From NCBI GenBank assembly GCA_002778735.1, contig PEZV01000002.1, forward strand, positions 1 to 47,133: a DNA stretch of 47,133 bases, in the 5' to 3' direction. The notes under the pieces were generated by a model. The model was given only the letters and a program-made list of their open reading frames with translations, was not told the DNA's origin and ran no database searches. The stretch comes from Candidatus Berkelbacteria bacterium CG10_big_fil_rev_8_21_14_0_10_41_12. GTDB taxonomy: Bacteria > Patescibacteriota > UBA1384 > 1-14-0-10-41-12. Positions within the stretch are counted from its first letter, which is position 1. Every line of letters starts with the position of its first letter. Of the stretch, positions 8,046 to 16,636 are shown piece by piece. The translations under genes and the position numbers were made by a program.

Positions 8046-9779
8046 GTGGATAAAGATAAAATAGACATCGATATTGTTAGGCATTCTCTGAGCCATGTAC
8101 TCGCAGCTGCTGTAGTGAAAATGTTTCCGGAAGCTAAATTAGGCATTGGCCCAGCGATTGAAAGTGGCTTCTATTATGACTTTGATTTACCAAGGACTCT
8201 GATCCCCGAAGATTTGCCGCTTATTGAAAAGAAAATACGTGAGATTATTGCTTCTGGAGCAAAATTTGAAAAGGTTGAGATCTCCGTTGACGAGGCGTTA
8301 GATAAGCTTAAAAAATCTGATGAGGTATATAAATGCGAGCTGGTAAAGGATTTAAAAGGGGAAAATGTTAAAGGGGTCACTCTCTACAAGACAGGGGATT
8401 TTATCGATTTGTGTAAAGGTCCGCACGTCAATTCAACAGCTGATTTAAAAGATGTTGCTTTTAAACTGGATAAAATTGCCGGTGCTTACTGGAAGGGAAA
8501 CGAAAAAAATAAAATGCTGCAGAGAATTTATGGTTTAGCATTTACAACCCAGGAGGAGCTTGATGATTATCTTAAAATGCTGAAAGAAGCCGAGAGAAGA
8601 GACCATAAAAAACTCGGTCGGGAGCTTGAATTATTTTTCTTTGATGAAAATTCGCCCGGGATGCCATATTGGCTTCCTAAGGGTTTAACTATATACAATA
8701 CGCTTCTTGATTTTTGGCGATCAGAACATATATCTCGCGGTTATCAGGAAGTTAAAACGCCTTTGATGAATAAAAAGGAACTCTATGTTAGATCAGGGCA
8801 CTGGGAGTATTATAGGGAAAATATGTTCATTTCTGAAACTAACGAAGGCGAAATATATGCCCTAAAACCAATGAATTGTCCAAATGCAATGATAGTATAT
8901 GGAATAAGGCCGAGGAGTTATCGCGAACTACCGCTTCGGCTTTCCGACGCGGATACAATTCACAGATTCGAACTTTCGGGTACGCTAAATGGTCTTTTTC
9001 GCGCGAGATCATTCTCGCAAGACGATGCCCATATCTTTATTAAGGAAAACCAGATCGAATCCGAGTATAAAAATCTCTTTGAAATCGTGGAGAGGTTTTA
9101 TTCGGTATTTGACTTGAAATATTCTTATCGTATCGGGACAAGACCTGATAAGTATTTGGGGGAAAAGAAAATCTGGGATGAAGCGGAGAGAATTTTGAAT
9201 GATCTGCTTGATAAATCAGGAAGAAAATATACAATTAAAGAAGGTGACGGTGCTTTTTACGGGCCCAAAATTGATATATTAATGAAGGATTGTTTGGGGA
9301 GAGATTGGCAGATGGGGACTTTGCAGCTTGATTTTCAATTGCCACAAAACTTTAATTTGAAGTATACAGACGAGGACGGTGGTGAAAAGGTGCCGGTTGC
9401 AATTCACAGGGTAATATACGGTTCGCTCGAAAGGTTTATTGGAATTTTAACCGAGCATTACGGCGGAGCGTTTCCGGTTTGGATTGCACCAATCCAAGTA
9501 ATTATTTTGACAATATCGGATAAGCAGATTGATTATGCTGAGGAGATAAAAAAGAAGCTCGAAAAAGAAAAGATTAGGGTCGAATTAGATGCACGAAACG
9601 AATCGATCAATAAGAAAATTCGCGGCGCGGAGCTTCAAAAAATTCCGTATATGCTGATAATCGGACAAAAAGAGGTTGAAAAAGATAATCTCTCTTTAAG
9701 ATCGCAAAAAGAAGGTGATTTGGGAGAATTTGACCTTCAAAAATTCATCAAGCGACTAAAAGATGAATCGCCAAAATAA
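8046..9779 (+). CDS. thrS: threonine--tRNA ligase (no N-terminal TGS domain)
   Basis: GTG start. Begins at the editing-domain motif HSLSHVLAAAV. Class II core with FRARSFSQDDAHIF and a C-terminal anticodon-binding domain. Confidence 0.92.
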   Translation: MDKDKIDIDIVRHSLSHVLAAAVVKMFPEAKLGIGPAIESGFYYDFDLPRTLIPEDLPLIEKKIREIIASGAKFEKVEISVDEALDKLKKSDEVYKCELVKDLKGENVKGVTLYKTGDFIDLCKGPHVNSTADLKDVAFKLDKIAGAYWKGNEKNKMLQRIYGLAFTTQEELDDYLKMLKEAERRDHKKLGRELELFFFDENSPGMPYWLPKGLTIYNTLLDFWRSEHISRGYQEVKTPLMNKKELYVRSGHWEYYRENMFISETNEGEIYALKPMNCPNAMIVYGIRPRSYRELPLRLSDADTIHRFELSGTLNGLFRARSFSQDDAHIFIKENQIESEYKNLFEIVERFYSVFDLKYSYRIGTRPDKYLGEKKIWDEAERILNDLLDKSGRKYTIKEGDGAFYGPKIDILMKDCLGRDWQMGTLQLDFQLPQNFNLKYTDEDGGEKVPVAIHRVIYGSLERFIGILTEHYGGAFPVWIAPIQVIILTISDKQIDYAEEIKKKLEKEKIRVELDARNESINKKIRGAELQKIPYMLIIGQKEVEKDNLSLRSQKEGDLGEFDLQKFIKRLKDESPK

Positions 9780-10188
9780 ACAAGTCCGTGTTGGCTGTGG
9801 TGCACTAATTATCAACGAAAAGGATGAAACGTTATTGATAAAGCGCGGAACTAAGGCTAAAAATCAATCTGGCATTTGGTCGCAACCCGGAGGGGCAATT
9901 GATTTTGGCGAAACAGTTGAGCATGCGATCAAGCGTGAGATCGATGAGGAACTGGATGTTACGGTTAAGCTAATAAAGTATCTTTGTTACACTAATCAAA
10001 TCTTAAACAAAGAGAGTCAGCACTGGGTTGCAATTAGTTATTTGGCAGAAATTATTAAGGGTGAGCCAAAAAATTTAGAAGCGCATAAGCATGACGACAT
10101 GAGATGGTTCCCGGTAGATAAACTTCCTTCTAAACTTTCAATTACAACTAAAGATTCGACAAAAGCGTATTTATCTTCGCGTAAATGA
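9763..10188 (+). CDS. NUDIX hydrolase
   Basis: Nudix box GGAIDFGETVEHAIKREIDEELD. 141 aa. Confidence 0.85.
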   Translation: MNRQNKQVRVGCGALIINEKDETLLIKRGTKAKNQSGIWSQPGGAIDFGETVEHAIKREIDEELDVTVKLIKYLCYTNQILNKESQHWVAISYLAEIIKGEPKNLEAHKHDDMRWFPVDKLPSKLSITTKDSTKAYLSSRK

Positions 10189-11211
10189 CAAGATCTTATT
10201 TAGCTTATGCCAACGGCGCTGTTTTTCTTTCCATGAAATTGGATCGCCGAGTTTATATGCAGCTGTGCCTGCTCGCGGCGAGTATTTGTTGATATAGGCC
10301 ATCCTGTAGCCGACTTTTTTAAATACGCCGAGGGTGTCTTGAAATTCTTTTTCATCTTCTCCCGGAAAACCGACAATAACATCTGTTGTAATTTTAATTT
10401 TTGGATTTGCTTTACGGATTTTATCTACGATTTCTAAATATTGTTTTATTGTATACGGGCGATTCATTAATTTTAATATTTTATCCGAACCGGACTGCAG
10501 TGGCAAGTGAATCTCCTTTTTGATTTTCGGCAAAGTTGCCACTGCCTCGATGATATCATCCGTCATATCTTTTGGGTGGTTGGAAATAAAAGAAACCATA
10601 AAATTTCCCTTCAATGAGTTTAACTTTTTGAGTAAAGTGGCAAAATCTTTCTTTTTACTTTTATCTTTTATCTTTTCACTTTGGTTATAGGAGTTCACAT
10701 TTTGTCCGAGCAGTGTAATTTCTTTATGCCCGGCATCTATTATTTGCTTTGCTTCTTTTATGATTTCATTCATCGGCCGAGATATTTCACGTCCTCGAGT
10801 GTAGGGGACAGCGCAATATGAACAGAAGTTGTTGCACCCGTTCATTATCGGCAGAAAATGAGTTTTAGGTTTGTCATTCCGGAGAGTTTGGCTCTGTCTA
10901 TTTAAAATTTTTGAAAGTGTTTTTTTATCAAAACTGTCAAGCACTCTGATATTTGATTTCTTGAATTTTCTTTTGTCTGCCTCTATTACACAGCCGAGAA
11001 TAAAAATTTCCTTACCTTTCCACTTGTTAATTCTTCCCATTAATCTGTCAACAGCAGTTTGTCGTACCGCACAAGCAACGACAAAAATATATTGAGCCGA
11101 ATTTTCGCCGGTTTTTTTGAATCCGAGATCCTTCAGAACTTTTTCTAATTTTGCCGAGTCGTATTTATTTTGCTGGCAACCTAAAGTAAGAATCCAATAG
11201 TTGAGATCCAT
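10171..11211 (-). CDS. radical-SAM methylthiotransferase, MiaB/RimO-like, no TRAM domain
   Basis: UPF0004 N-terminal domain (LGCQQNKYDS) and radical-SAM cluster motif CNNFCSYCAVPYTRGRE. Ends after the radical-SAM domain. Confidence 0.8.
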   Translation of the reverse strand: MDLNYWILTLGCQQNKYDSAKLEKVLKDLGFKKTGENSAQYIFVVACAVRQTAVDRLMGRINKWKGKEIFILGCVIEADKRKFKKSNIRVLDSFDKKTLSKILNRQSQTLRNDKPKTHFLPIMNGCNNFCSYCAVPYTRGREISRPMNEIIKEAKQIIDAGHKEITLLGQNVNSYNQSEKIKDKSKKKDFATLLKKLNSLKGNFMVSFISNHPKDMTDDIIEAVATLPKIKKEIHLPLQSGSDKILKLMNRPYTIKQYLEIVDKIRKANPKIKITTDVIVGFPGEDEKEFQDTLGVFKKVGYRMAYINKYSPRAGTAAYKLGDPISWKEKQRRWHKLNKILSFTRR

Positions 11212-11969
11212 TATTTATTAGTGTCTTCGGGAGTTCTCTTTTCGGTTTTCTCTTCTACTCGGGCTTCGTCAGTAGCTTTTTCTTCGCCTTCTTTAGCCTC
11301 TCCACCTTCTTCCTCTTCAGCTCCCGCCTCAGTTTCCATTTGTTCGATCGCTTCTTTTTCTTTTTCGGCTGCCGATTCCTCTAATTCTGCAAGCTCTTCT
11401 TCGCTTCGCGGAGGCTCAACGTTAGCAACTACCTCTTCCGGTTCATCCAAGACAGTAATCCCATTTGGAACCTTCAAATCTTTTATCAAAATGGAATCTT
11501 CAAATGTTTTCAGTGCACTGATATCAACTTGAATTCCACTAACCAAATTGCCCGGCAGACATTCGACCTCAATCGAGTCCTTATTTTGGACCAAGCTTCC
11601 CTCAAGGTTTTTGACTGCATTGGATTCCCCAATAAATTCGAGCGGAATTTCTGTTTTGATTTTTTCATCCATTTTTACTCTATAGAAATCAATATGAATA
11701 ATTTTACCCGTGACTGGATTAAACTGCGGATGCGAAGCAATTACCTTTGTTGCTTTTTCATTATCTATTTTGAGGTCAATCAAAGTTGAATATCCTGCTT
11801 TTTCTATTGCCTGATCGAGCTCTTTGTCGGGGGTTTTGATCGAAACATTTTCTAATTTATGTCCATATAAAATGGCGGGTACATAACCTTGCGCACGCAA
11901 GTCCTTGACCCTTTTTCCATACACGTCGCGTTTTTGGGCTTGTAATAGAATTTCTTCGTTTGTATTCAT
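11211..11969 (-). CDS. rplY: 50S ribosomal protein L25 / Ctc with acidic tail
   Basis: RDVYGKRVKDLRAQGYVPAILYG at the N-terminus, a second Ctc beta-domain, and an E-rich tail of about 60 aa. Confidence 0.88.
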   Translation of the reverse strand: MNTNEEILLQAQKRDVYGKRVKDLRAQGYVPAILYGHKLENVSIKTPDKELDQAIEKAGYSTLIDLKIDNEKATKVIASHPQFNPVTGKIIHIDFYRVKMDEKIKTEIPLEFIGESNAVKNLEGSLVQNKDSIEVECLPGNLVSGIQVDISALKTFEDSILIKDLKVPNGITVLDEPEEVVANVEPPRSEEELAELEESAAEKEKEAIEQMETEAGAEEEEGGEAKEGEEKATDEARVEEKTEKRTPEDTNK

Positions 11970-11992
11970 GCTAAATTAAAAACCACTGGTTT

Positions 11993-12021
11993 ATTTTACC
12001 CTAAATTTTTGATTCAATCAA
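11993..12021 (-). promoter_or_regulatory. candidate sigma70-type promoter for rplY
   Basis: Minus strand reads TTGATT-17 nt-TAAAAT. It sits about 25 nt upstream of the rplY ATG. Confidence 0.45.
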
Positions 12022-12350
12022 GAGCTTTGCCAGAGTTCTTCAAAACTGCTCGTGAGACCTTCTATTCGAGAATTTATTTGAGATAATTCTTCGTCGGTTA
12101 TTTTTCCTTGGGAAATTGGGTGAAAATGTGCTTCTTGCGGTTTACCTCTTGTCTCGCCTCCGGTTTTCTGTAAGCTCGCCAGATATGTAACCACGGTCGG
12201 TTCATGTCCTTTGGAGCAGAAGGTTTGAAAGATATAAATGTTGTCGATATAGCCACGCAGACGAATCTCATTTTCTCCGTAAGATCCGTGGCATACCGGA
12301 CAGGTTAGAAAGTTTCTGGCTTGGCTTATGATTTGTTGTATTAAATTCAT
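12018..12350 (-). CDS. hypothetical protein with CxxC...CxxxH zinc-ribbon-like motif
   Basis: 110-aa ORF containing CPVCHG ... CSKGH. No family recognised. Confidence 0.5.
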   Translation of the reverse strand: MNLIQQIISQARNFLTCPVCHGSYGENEIRLRGYIDNIYIFQTFCSKGHEPTVVTYLASLQKTGGETRGKPQEAHFHPISQGKITDEELSQINSRIEGLTSSFEELWQSS

Positions 12351-12404
12351 ATTTTACTCTCTAAATGCGGATTATATATTATTTTGTGCTTGTCGTCAAA
12401 CGTC

Positions 12405-14825
12405 TTATTTAAAGCTCATAACGGTTCCTAAAGCTCCGAGGGCGTACCCGAGAGTGCTGGGGGGCGTATAGGGTTGATATGGCGAATATGTCCCATATGT
12501 TCCGGTATTTGGCAAATAATATGTTGGTCCATAAAGTTGCGGGCATATCTGTAGTAGTTGCAATTGCTGTTGGTTTGGAACCAAGGAACTGGCATATCTG
12601 GTATAGTATGCCGTCTTGCATTGCTGGAGCGTCGGATAACCGTTGTAAGCAGAAGTCTGCCCGTACGGATATTGATATTGGTTAGTCGGGTAGTTTGGCT
12701 GATAAGCGCTATATCCGTTTCCGGAGAAGAGATATGGGCTAAATCCGCATTGGTTAAATAAATCAAGATTAATATTGATATTGCCGCTATTGCCTTTTGC
12801 GAGAAGCTGAGTAATGGCAATCCCGCCAAGCGCGTTTTTGATGCTGTTGCTTGTGCTATTGTTGCTGAATCCTAACTCGTAAACGGCGTAAGCGTACCCT
12901 AAATTTTTTAGCAAATTAGAGTCCGCACTGATTCCAATTTGCGCCGCGAGCCCGGGGTTTTTATCAACGCAATCCTTTACCATATTTGCAAATGTTTTCT
13001 GATCCGCGGGATTATTCGGATCCAATTGGGGTTTGGTTAGGAGTTGATTAGTCCAGCCGGGCTGGGGAGTGTCGGGATTATAATAAAGAGCACTAACGCT
13101 CGATAGGGGATTTTGAGCATCGCCGGCTGTGGTTGCGATGTAATAATTATCCTTAAGCCCCGGCACCCTGCTGACTGTATAACTGGCGGGAGCGGCTGGT
13201 ACTTCTGCACCTTTATTTGGTGCCAATTCAAGGTTATTTGTGTCTAAATTTATCGATCCCGAGTCGCTTGTGATGGAGAATTGAACACTTTTTGACTGAT
13301 ATCCGGATTTGCTTAAGCTCAAAGTGTAAGTACCTTTAGGAATATATGGGATTGAGACGATTGAGGTATCTCCACCTTCGGGAGTCATACCGGTGACATT
13401 TACAGCATTTGAGCCGGCTCCACTAAGGCGATTTTTGAGATTAGTATAGTCATTGGCGATAGCGCTGGTGCTTTGCGTTTTTGTTTTAATTTTATCAATA
13501 GTGCCGCTGCTAATATTTGGTGTGTCTGTCTGGTCAGAATTTTTTATATTAGTACCGACAAGATCGCCCACCGAATCAAAAACTTTCTTCAAGTTCGAGG
13601 TAAGTGCGCCGCTGGTTTGGTCTGAGGACGAGGTCTGATTGCCATTTTCGTCTATCGAAGCGGCTTTGGCGTTGTTTGAAGATGTGCCGACAAGCGAAAA
13701 GTTTACACCTCCGATTCGCACCATATTGCCGCTAAATCCTCCCGATTTTCTCTTGGCGCTGAAAATGATTGTATTTTGGCCGCTTGGGACGCTGTACTGC
13801 CCGGGCTGGGCCTGTGCGGTGTAGTTTACCGAGTCGGATGCTTGGCTGGAGGAACAATTTATTCGAAATTCATATAGATTTTGGGGAGTGGAGTATGGCA
13901 AAGGCGCTGACATGTTAACGGCAGTATTCTGATTGGCCGGCTTGTATGCAATGAGATAAAGTTTACCGGAGCTGTTCATTTGATTGGCAAGCTGGTTGAA
14001 TTTGGATAAATCCGTATAAAGCTTTCCTGTTTTGTCGGTAATGCCTACTGTTTGTGGCTGTGTGCCGTTGTCAGTAAGAGCAATTTGTGCATCTTTTATA
14101 GGGGTATTAACCGTTCCGGCTGTTGTTACAGAGAAGGTTACAGTGGAAACATTGTGTTGTTGGGCGGTTGTACCTCCTTCTGAAGAGGTGCCGGACCCTG
14201 AACCTGCCCCAGTTGTACCTCCTTCTGAAGAGGTGCCGGACCCTGAACCTGCCCCAGTTACTCCTCCTTCCTGTTCCCCTGATAAACTCGGCTGATCGCT
14301 AATTGGGTTTTTAGGACTTTCGACTTGCGTAGCTTGAGAGCTGTCGCCGGGGTTTGATTTCGGAGGTGAATAATAGCCGCTTGCAGAGCGGATTTGAATG
14401 ATTCCACTGGGAATATTTGCCTCGGAGATATAGTAGTCACTTGCCTTACCAGGGGCACAAGTAATATTAGCGCTGTAAACTAATTTCGAGCTTGAATTAG
14501 TTTGTGGCATATGAATAACGGCGTAATATGGTGTTGTGCTGGCCGGGATGGTAGCAGAACGATTGGTGTTTGAAATTATCGCTACAGGGCTAATGCCCAT
14601 TAGACTGGGATTAGATTGCACTCCCATTTTAGTGTTGTAATCTAGAATATAAACATATTTAGAAGAAGAAGCAGCATCTTCAACGATATCTTTATCTAAA
14701 GCGATTCTACATTCATCTGCTGGACTTGACGTTGACGCAAAAATACCCCAGAAATTATTTCTATAGCCTATGTATGCAATTACTCCAAGTGTAACCACTG
14801 CTCCGGCGACGATAAGCGAAGTGAT
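12405..14825 (-). CDS. large membrane-anchored low-complexity surface protein
   Basis: About 800-aa ORF rich in S/T/N/Q/G. It has CarboxypepD_reg-like beta-sandwich stretches and a tandem GGTTGAGSGSGTSSE repeat, plus a Q/N/Y/P-rich C-terminal third. The track starts it at GTG 14798; I extend to ATC 14825 to recover the full TM anchor (see findings). Confidence 0.7.
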   Translation of the reverse strand: MTSLIVAGAVVTLGVIAYIGYRNNFWGIFASTSSPADECRIALDKDIVEDAASSSKYVYILDYNTKMGVQSNPSLMGISPVAIISNTNRSATIPASTTPYYAVIHMPQTNSSSKLVYSANITCAPGKASDYYISEANIPSGIIQIRSASGYYSPPKSNPGDSSQATQVESPKNPISDQPSLSGEQEGGVTGAGSGSGTSSEGGTTGAGSGSGTSSEGGTTAQQHNVSTVTFSVTTAGTVNTPIKDAQIALTDNGTQPQTVGITDKTGKLYTDLSKFNQLANQMNSSGKLYLIAYKPANQNTAVNMSAPLPYSTPQNLYEFRINCSSSQASDSVNYTAQAQPGQYSVPSGQNTIIFSAKRKSGGFSGNMVRIGGVNFSLVGTSSNNAKAASIDENGNQTSSSDQTSGALTSNLKKVFDSVGDLVGTNIKNSDQTDTPNISSGTIDKIKTKTQSTSAIANDYTNLKNRLSGAGSNAVNVTGMTPEGGDTSIVSIPYIPKGTYTLSLSKSGYQSKSVQFSITSDSGSINLDTNNLELAPNKGAEVPAAPASYTVSRVPGLKDNYYIATTAGDAQNPLSSVSALYYNPDTPQPGWTNQLLTKPQLDPNNPADQKTFANMVKDCVDKNPGLAAQIGISADSNLLKNLGYAYAVYELGFSNNSTSNSIKNALGGIAITQLLAKGNSGNININLDLFNQCGFSPYLFSGNGYSAYQPNYPTNQYQYPYGQTSAYNGYPTLQQCKTAYYTRYASSLVPNQQQLQLLQICPQLYGPTYYLPNTGTYGTYSPYQPYTPPSTLGYALGALGTVMSFK
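14170..14259. repeat. perfect 45-bp tandem duplication (2 copies) inside the surface-protein gene
   Basis: GTACCTCCTTCTGAAGAGGTGCCGGACCCTGAACCTGCCCCAGTT occurs at 14170-14214 and again at 14215-14259. Confidence 0.95.
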
Positions 14826-14896
14826 TTTACCCTTATAGTTTAAATTAAACAGTTTTATAAGAGCCCTTCCTTTATAAGTTCCATTGGCTTAATATA

Positions 14897-14925
14897 ATTT
14901 TAACTAATGCCTGAACAATTTTCAA
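14897..14925 (-). promoter_or_regulatory. candidate promoter for the surface-protein gene
   Basis: Minus strand reads TTGAAA-17 nt-TAAAAT immediately after the trmD stop. Confidence 0.5.
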
Positions 14926-14928
14926 TAC

Positions 14929-15570
14929 TTAGTTACGGGTATATGAATTTGCCTTTCTCCATTTTGCGATTTCACCGTGATTTCCACTTAAAAGAACAGC
15001 GGGTATCTTTGTTTTTTTATATATCTCCGGCTTGGTATATTGAGGTGCCTCTATCCTGCCTTTTTTGTTGTGTGATTCGTCTTGAGCTGATAGTTTATTG
15101 CCCAAAACACCTTTTTGAAGCCTGGCAAGAGAGTCAATCATAACAAGCGCCGGCATTTCTCCTCCTGAGAGAACATAATCACCAATAGAAACGATTTCAT
15201 CGGCCTCGTCGAGAGTTCTCTGGTCGAAACCTTCGTAGTGGCCGCAGACCAAGATAATATCTTTTTCTTCGGCGATTTTCTTAATAATTTGTTGATTGAG
15301 ACGTTTGCCCTTAGGCGAAAGCACTATAACACGTGGCTTCCCGGTTTTTATTGATGAGATTGTCTTTCCGATAACATCAGGCCTTAGAATCATTCCCGGT
15401 CCACCTCCATAAGGCGTATCATCAACTGTTTTTCTCTTTCCTAACCCGAAATCACGCAGATCGATTATTTCAAGCTTAATTAATCCGTTTTTAATAGCTC
15501 GGCCAATGATGGAATACTCTTTTATTGACTCGATAATATTTGGGAATAATGTAATTACTTTTATTTTCAT
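14929..15570 (-). CDS. trmD: tRNA (guanine37-N1)-methyltransferase
   Basis: MKIKVITLFP..., DDTPYGGGPGM, LVCGHYEGFDQR, IGDYVLSGGE. Confidence 0.93.
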   Translation of the reverse strand: MKIKVITLFPNIIESIKEYSIIGRAIKNGLIKLEIIDLRDFGLGKRKTVDDTPYGGGPGMILRPDVIGKTISSIKTGKPRVIVLSPKGKRLNQQIIKKIAEEKDIILVCGHYEGFDQRTLDEADEIVSIGDYVLSGGEMPALVMIDSLARLQKGVLGNKLSAQDESHNKKGRIEAPQYTKPEIYKKTKIPAVLLSGNHGEIAKWRKANSYTRN

Positions 15571-15602
15571 ATTACATATTATAAATTACTATTTTACTAT
15601 AC

Positions 15603-15640
15603 AAAAACCGCCGCACTTATAAAAACTGTGGCGGTTTTTG
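15603..15640. terminator. bidirectional intrinsic terminator between the KH gene and trmD
   Basis: AAAAA-CCGCCGCAC...GTGGCGG-TTTTT. Confidence 0.7.
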
Positions 15641-15651
15641 TTTTTGATTGC

Positions 15652-15981
15652 TTAGATAATGTCTGTTGATTGTTCCTCTTTATCTTTATTGTCGCTTTTG
15701 TCATCCTTCTCAACACTCTTCATTTCTTTGCCGCCCTCCGGCTCAATAATTTTAAGGTTGACTCTTGCATTCTCTTTTGCGCCCAGAACTCGAAGTAAAG
15801 TCCTTAAGCTCTTTGCGGTTTTGCCTTCCTTGCCGATTATTTTACCCATATCGGCTGGGTTAACGGTTAGTTCTATGAGAACGCCCATTTCATCAACTTT
15901 ACGCTCAACTTTTACATCATTTGGGTTGTCAACAATTGCCTTGACAACATATTCCACAAAATTCTTATCTTGGTCTGCCAT
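15652..15981 (-). CDS. KH-domain RNA-binding protein (YlqC/UPF0109-like) with K/D/E tail
   Basis: VKAIVDNPNDVKV..., and GKIIGKEGKTAKSLRTLL contains the GxxG KH motif. Conserved position after rpsP. Confidence 0.85.
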   Translation of the reverse strand: MADQDKNFVEYVVKAIVDNPNDVKVERKVDEMGVLIELTVNPADMGKIIGKEGKTAKSLRTLLRVLGAKENARVNLKIIEPEGGKEMKSVEKDDKSDNKDKEEQSTDII

Positions 15982-15999
15982 CTAACCTCCTGGTTAAAT

Positions 16000-16503
16000 T
16001 TATTGATTTTCTTTTTTATCTTTCGGTTTTTCTTCCTGTTGGTCAGCTGTTTTTGGCATTGCGGATTTTTGCTCATTAGCTATTGCTTCAGGAGTTTTTT
16101 CGGGCTCTTGAGTCGCTGCACTTCCATTTTTTTCTTCTCTCGGCTTTTTATCCGTTGTATTTGTTGCTTCGCTTGGCCTCTTAGCTTCCGACCTGCTTTC
16201 CTTTTTTTCTTGTTTCTCTTCCTTTGTCTTAGGAGCCTTTTTGGCATCCGGGATGTATATAATGTTTTTGTGCTTGATTTTATTTTCAATCAAAAATTTT
16301 GCCATCGAATTTGATGGTTTTGCTCCCTTGGATACAAGTTCAAGAATCTGATCCTTGCTAATCTTAGATTCTTTGGTAACAGGGTTGTAATACCCTAATA
16401 TTTTTAAAGCGTTAGATTTAACGGCGCTCTTTTTATCTGTTAAGACGATTCTGTAGAACGGGCTGTTTTTTTTGCCAGTTCTCTGAAATCTGATGGTCAG
16501 CAT
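16000..16503 (-). CDS. rpsP: 30S ribosomal protein S16 with a K/E-rich extension of about 85 aa
   Basis: MLTIRFQRTGKKNSPFYRIVL..., GYYNP. Confidence 0.92.
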   Translation of the reverse strand: MLTIRFQRTGKKNSPFYRIVLTDKKSAVKSNALKILGYYNPVTKESKISKDQILELVSKGAKPSNSMAKFLIENKIKHKNIIYIPDAKKAPKTKEEKQEKKESRSEAKRPSEATNTTDKKPREEKNGSAATQEPEKTPEAIANEQKSAMPKTADQQEEKPKDKKENQ

Positions 16504-16636
16504 TTGCTTCCTTTGCTTCTATTTGCCCGCTCACTAACCTTTCGACAAGTTTCCACCAGAGACAGGCAGGATGGTGAGAGGTTTTGTTCTCACGCTATAT
16601 TTGCGGAAATTCATCTCCTACGAACAGGAGCTTTAC

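Noticed and set aside
16504-16636. SRP (4.5S) RNA or 6S RNA in the fmt-rpsP spacer.
   Set aside because: ffh/ffs often neighbour rpsP, but the conserved SRP domain IV motifs (GGAA tetraloop helix with symmetric loop) are not present. I kept this only as an unexplained structured leader.
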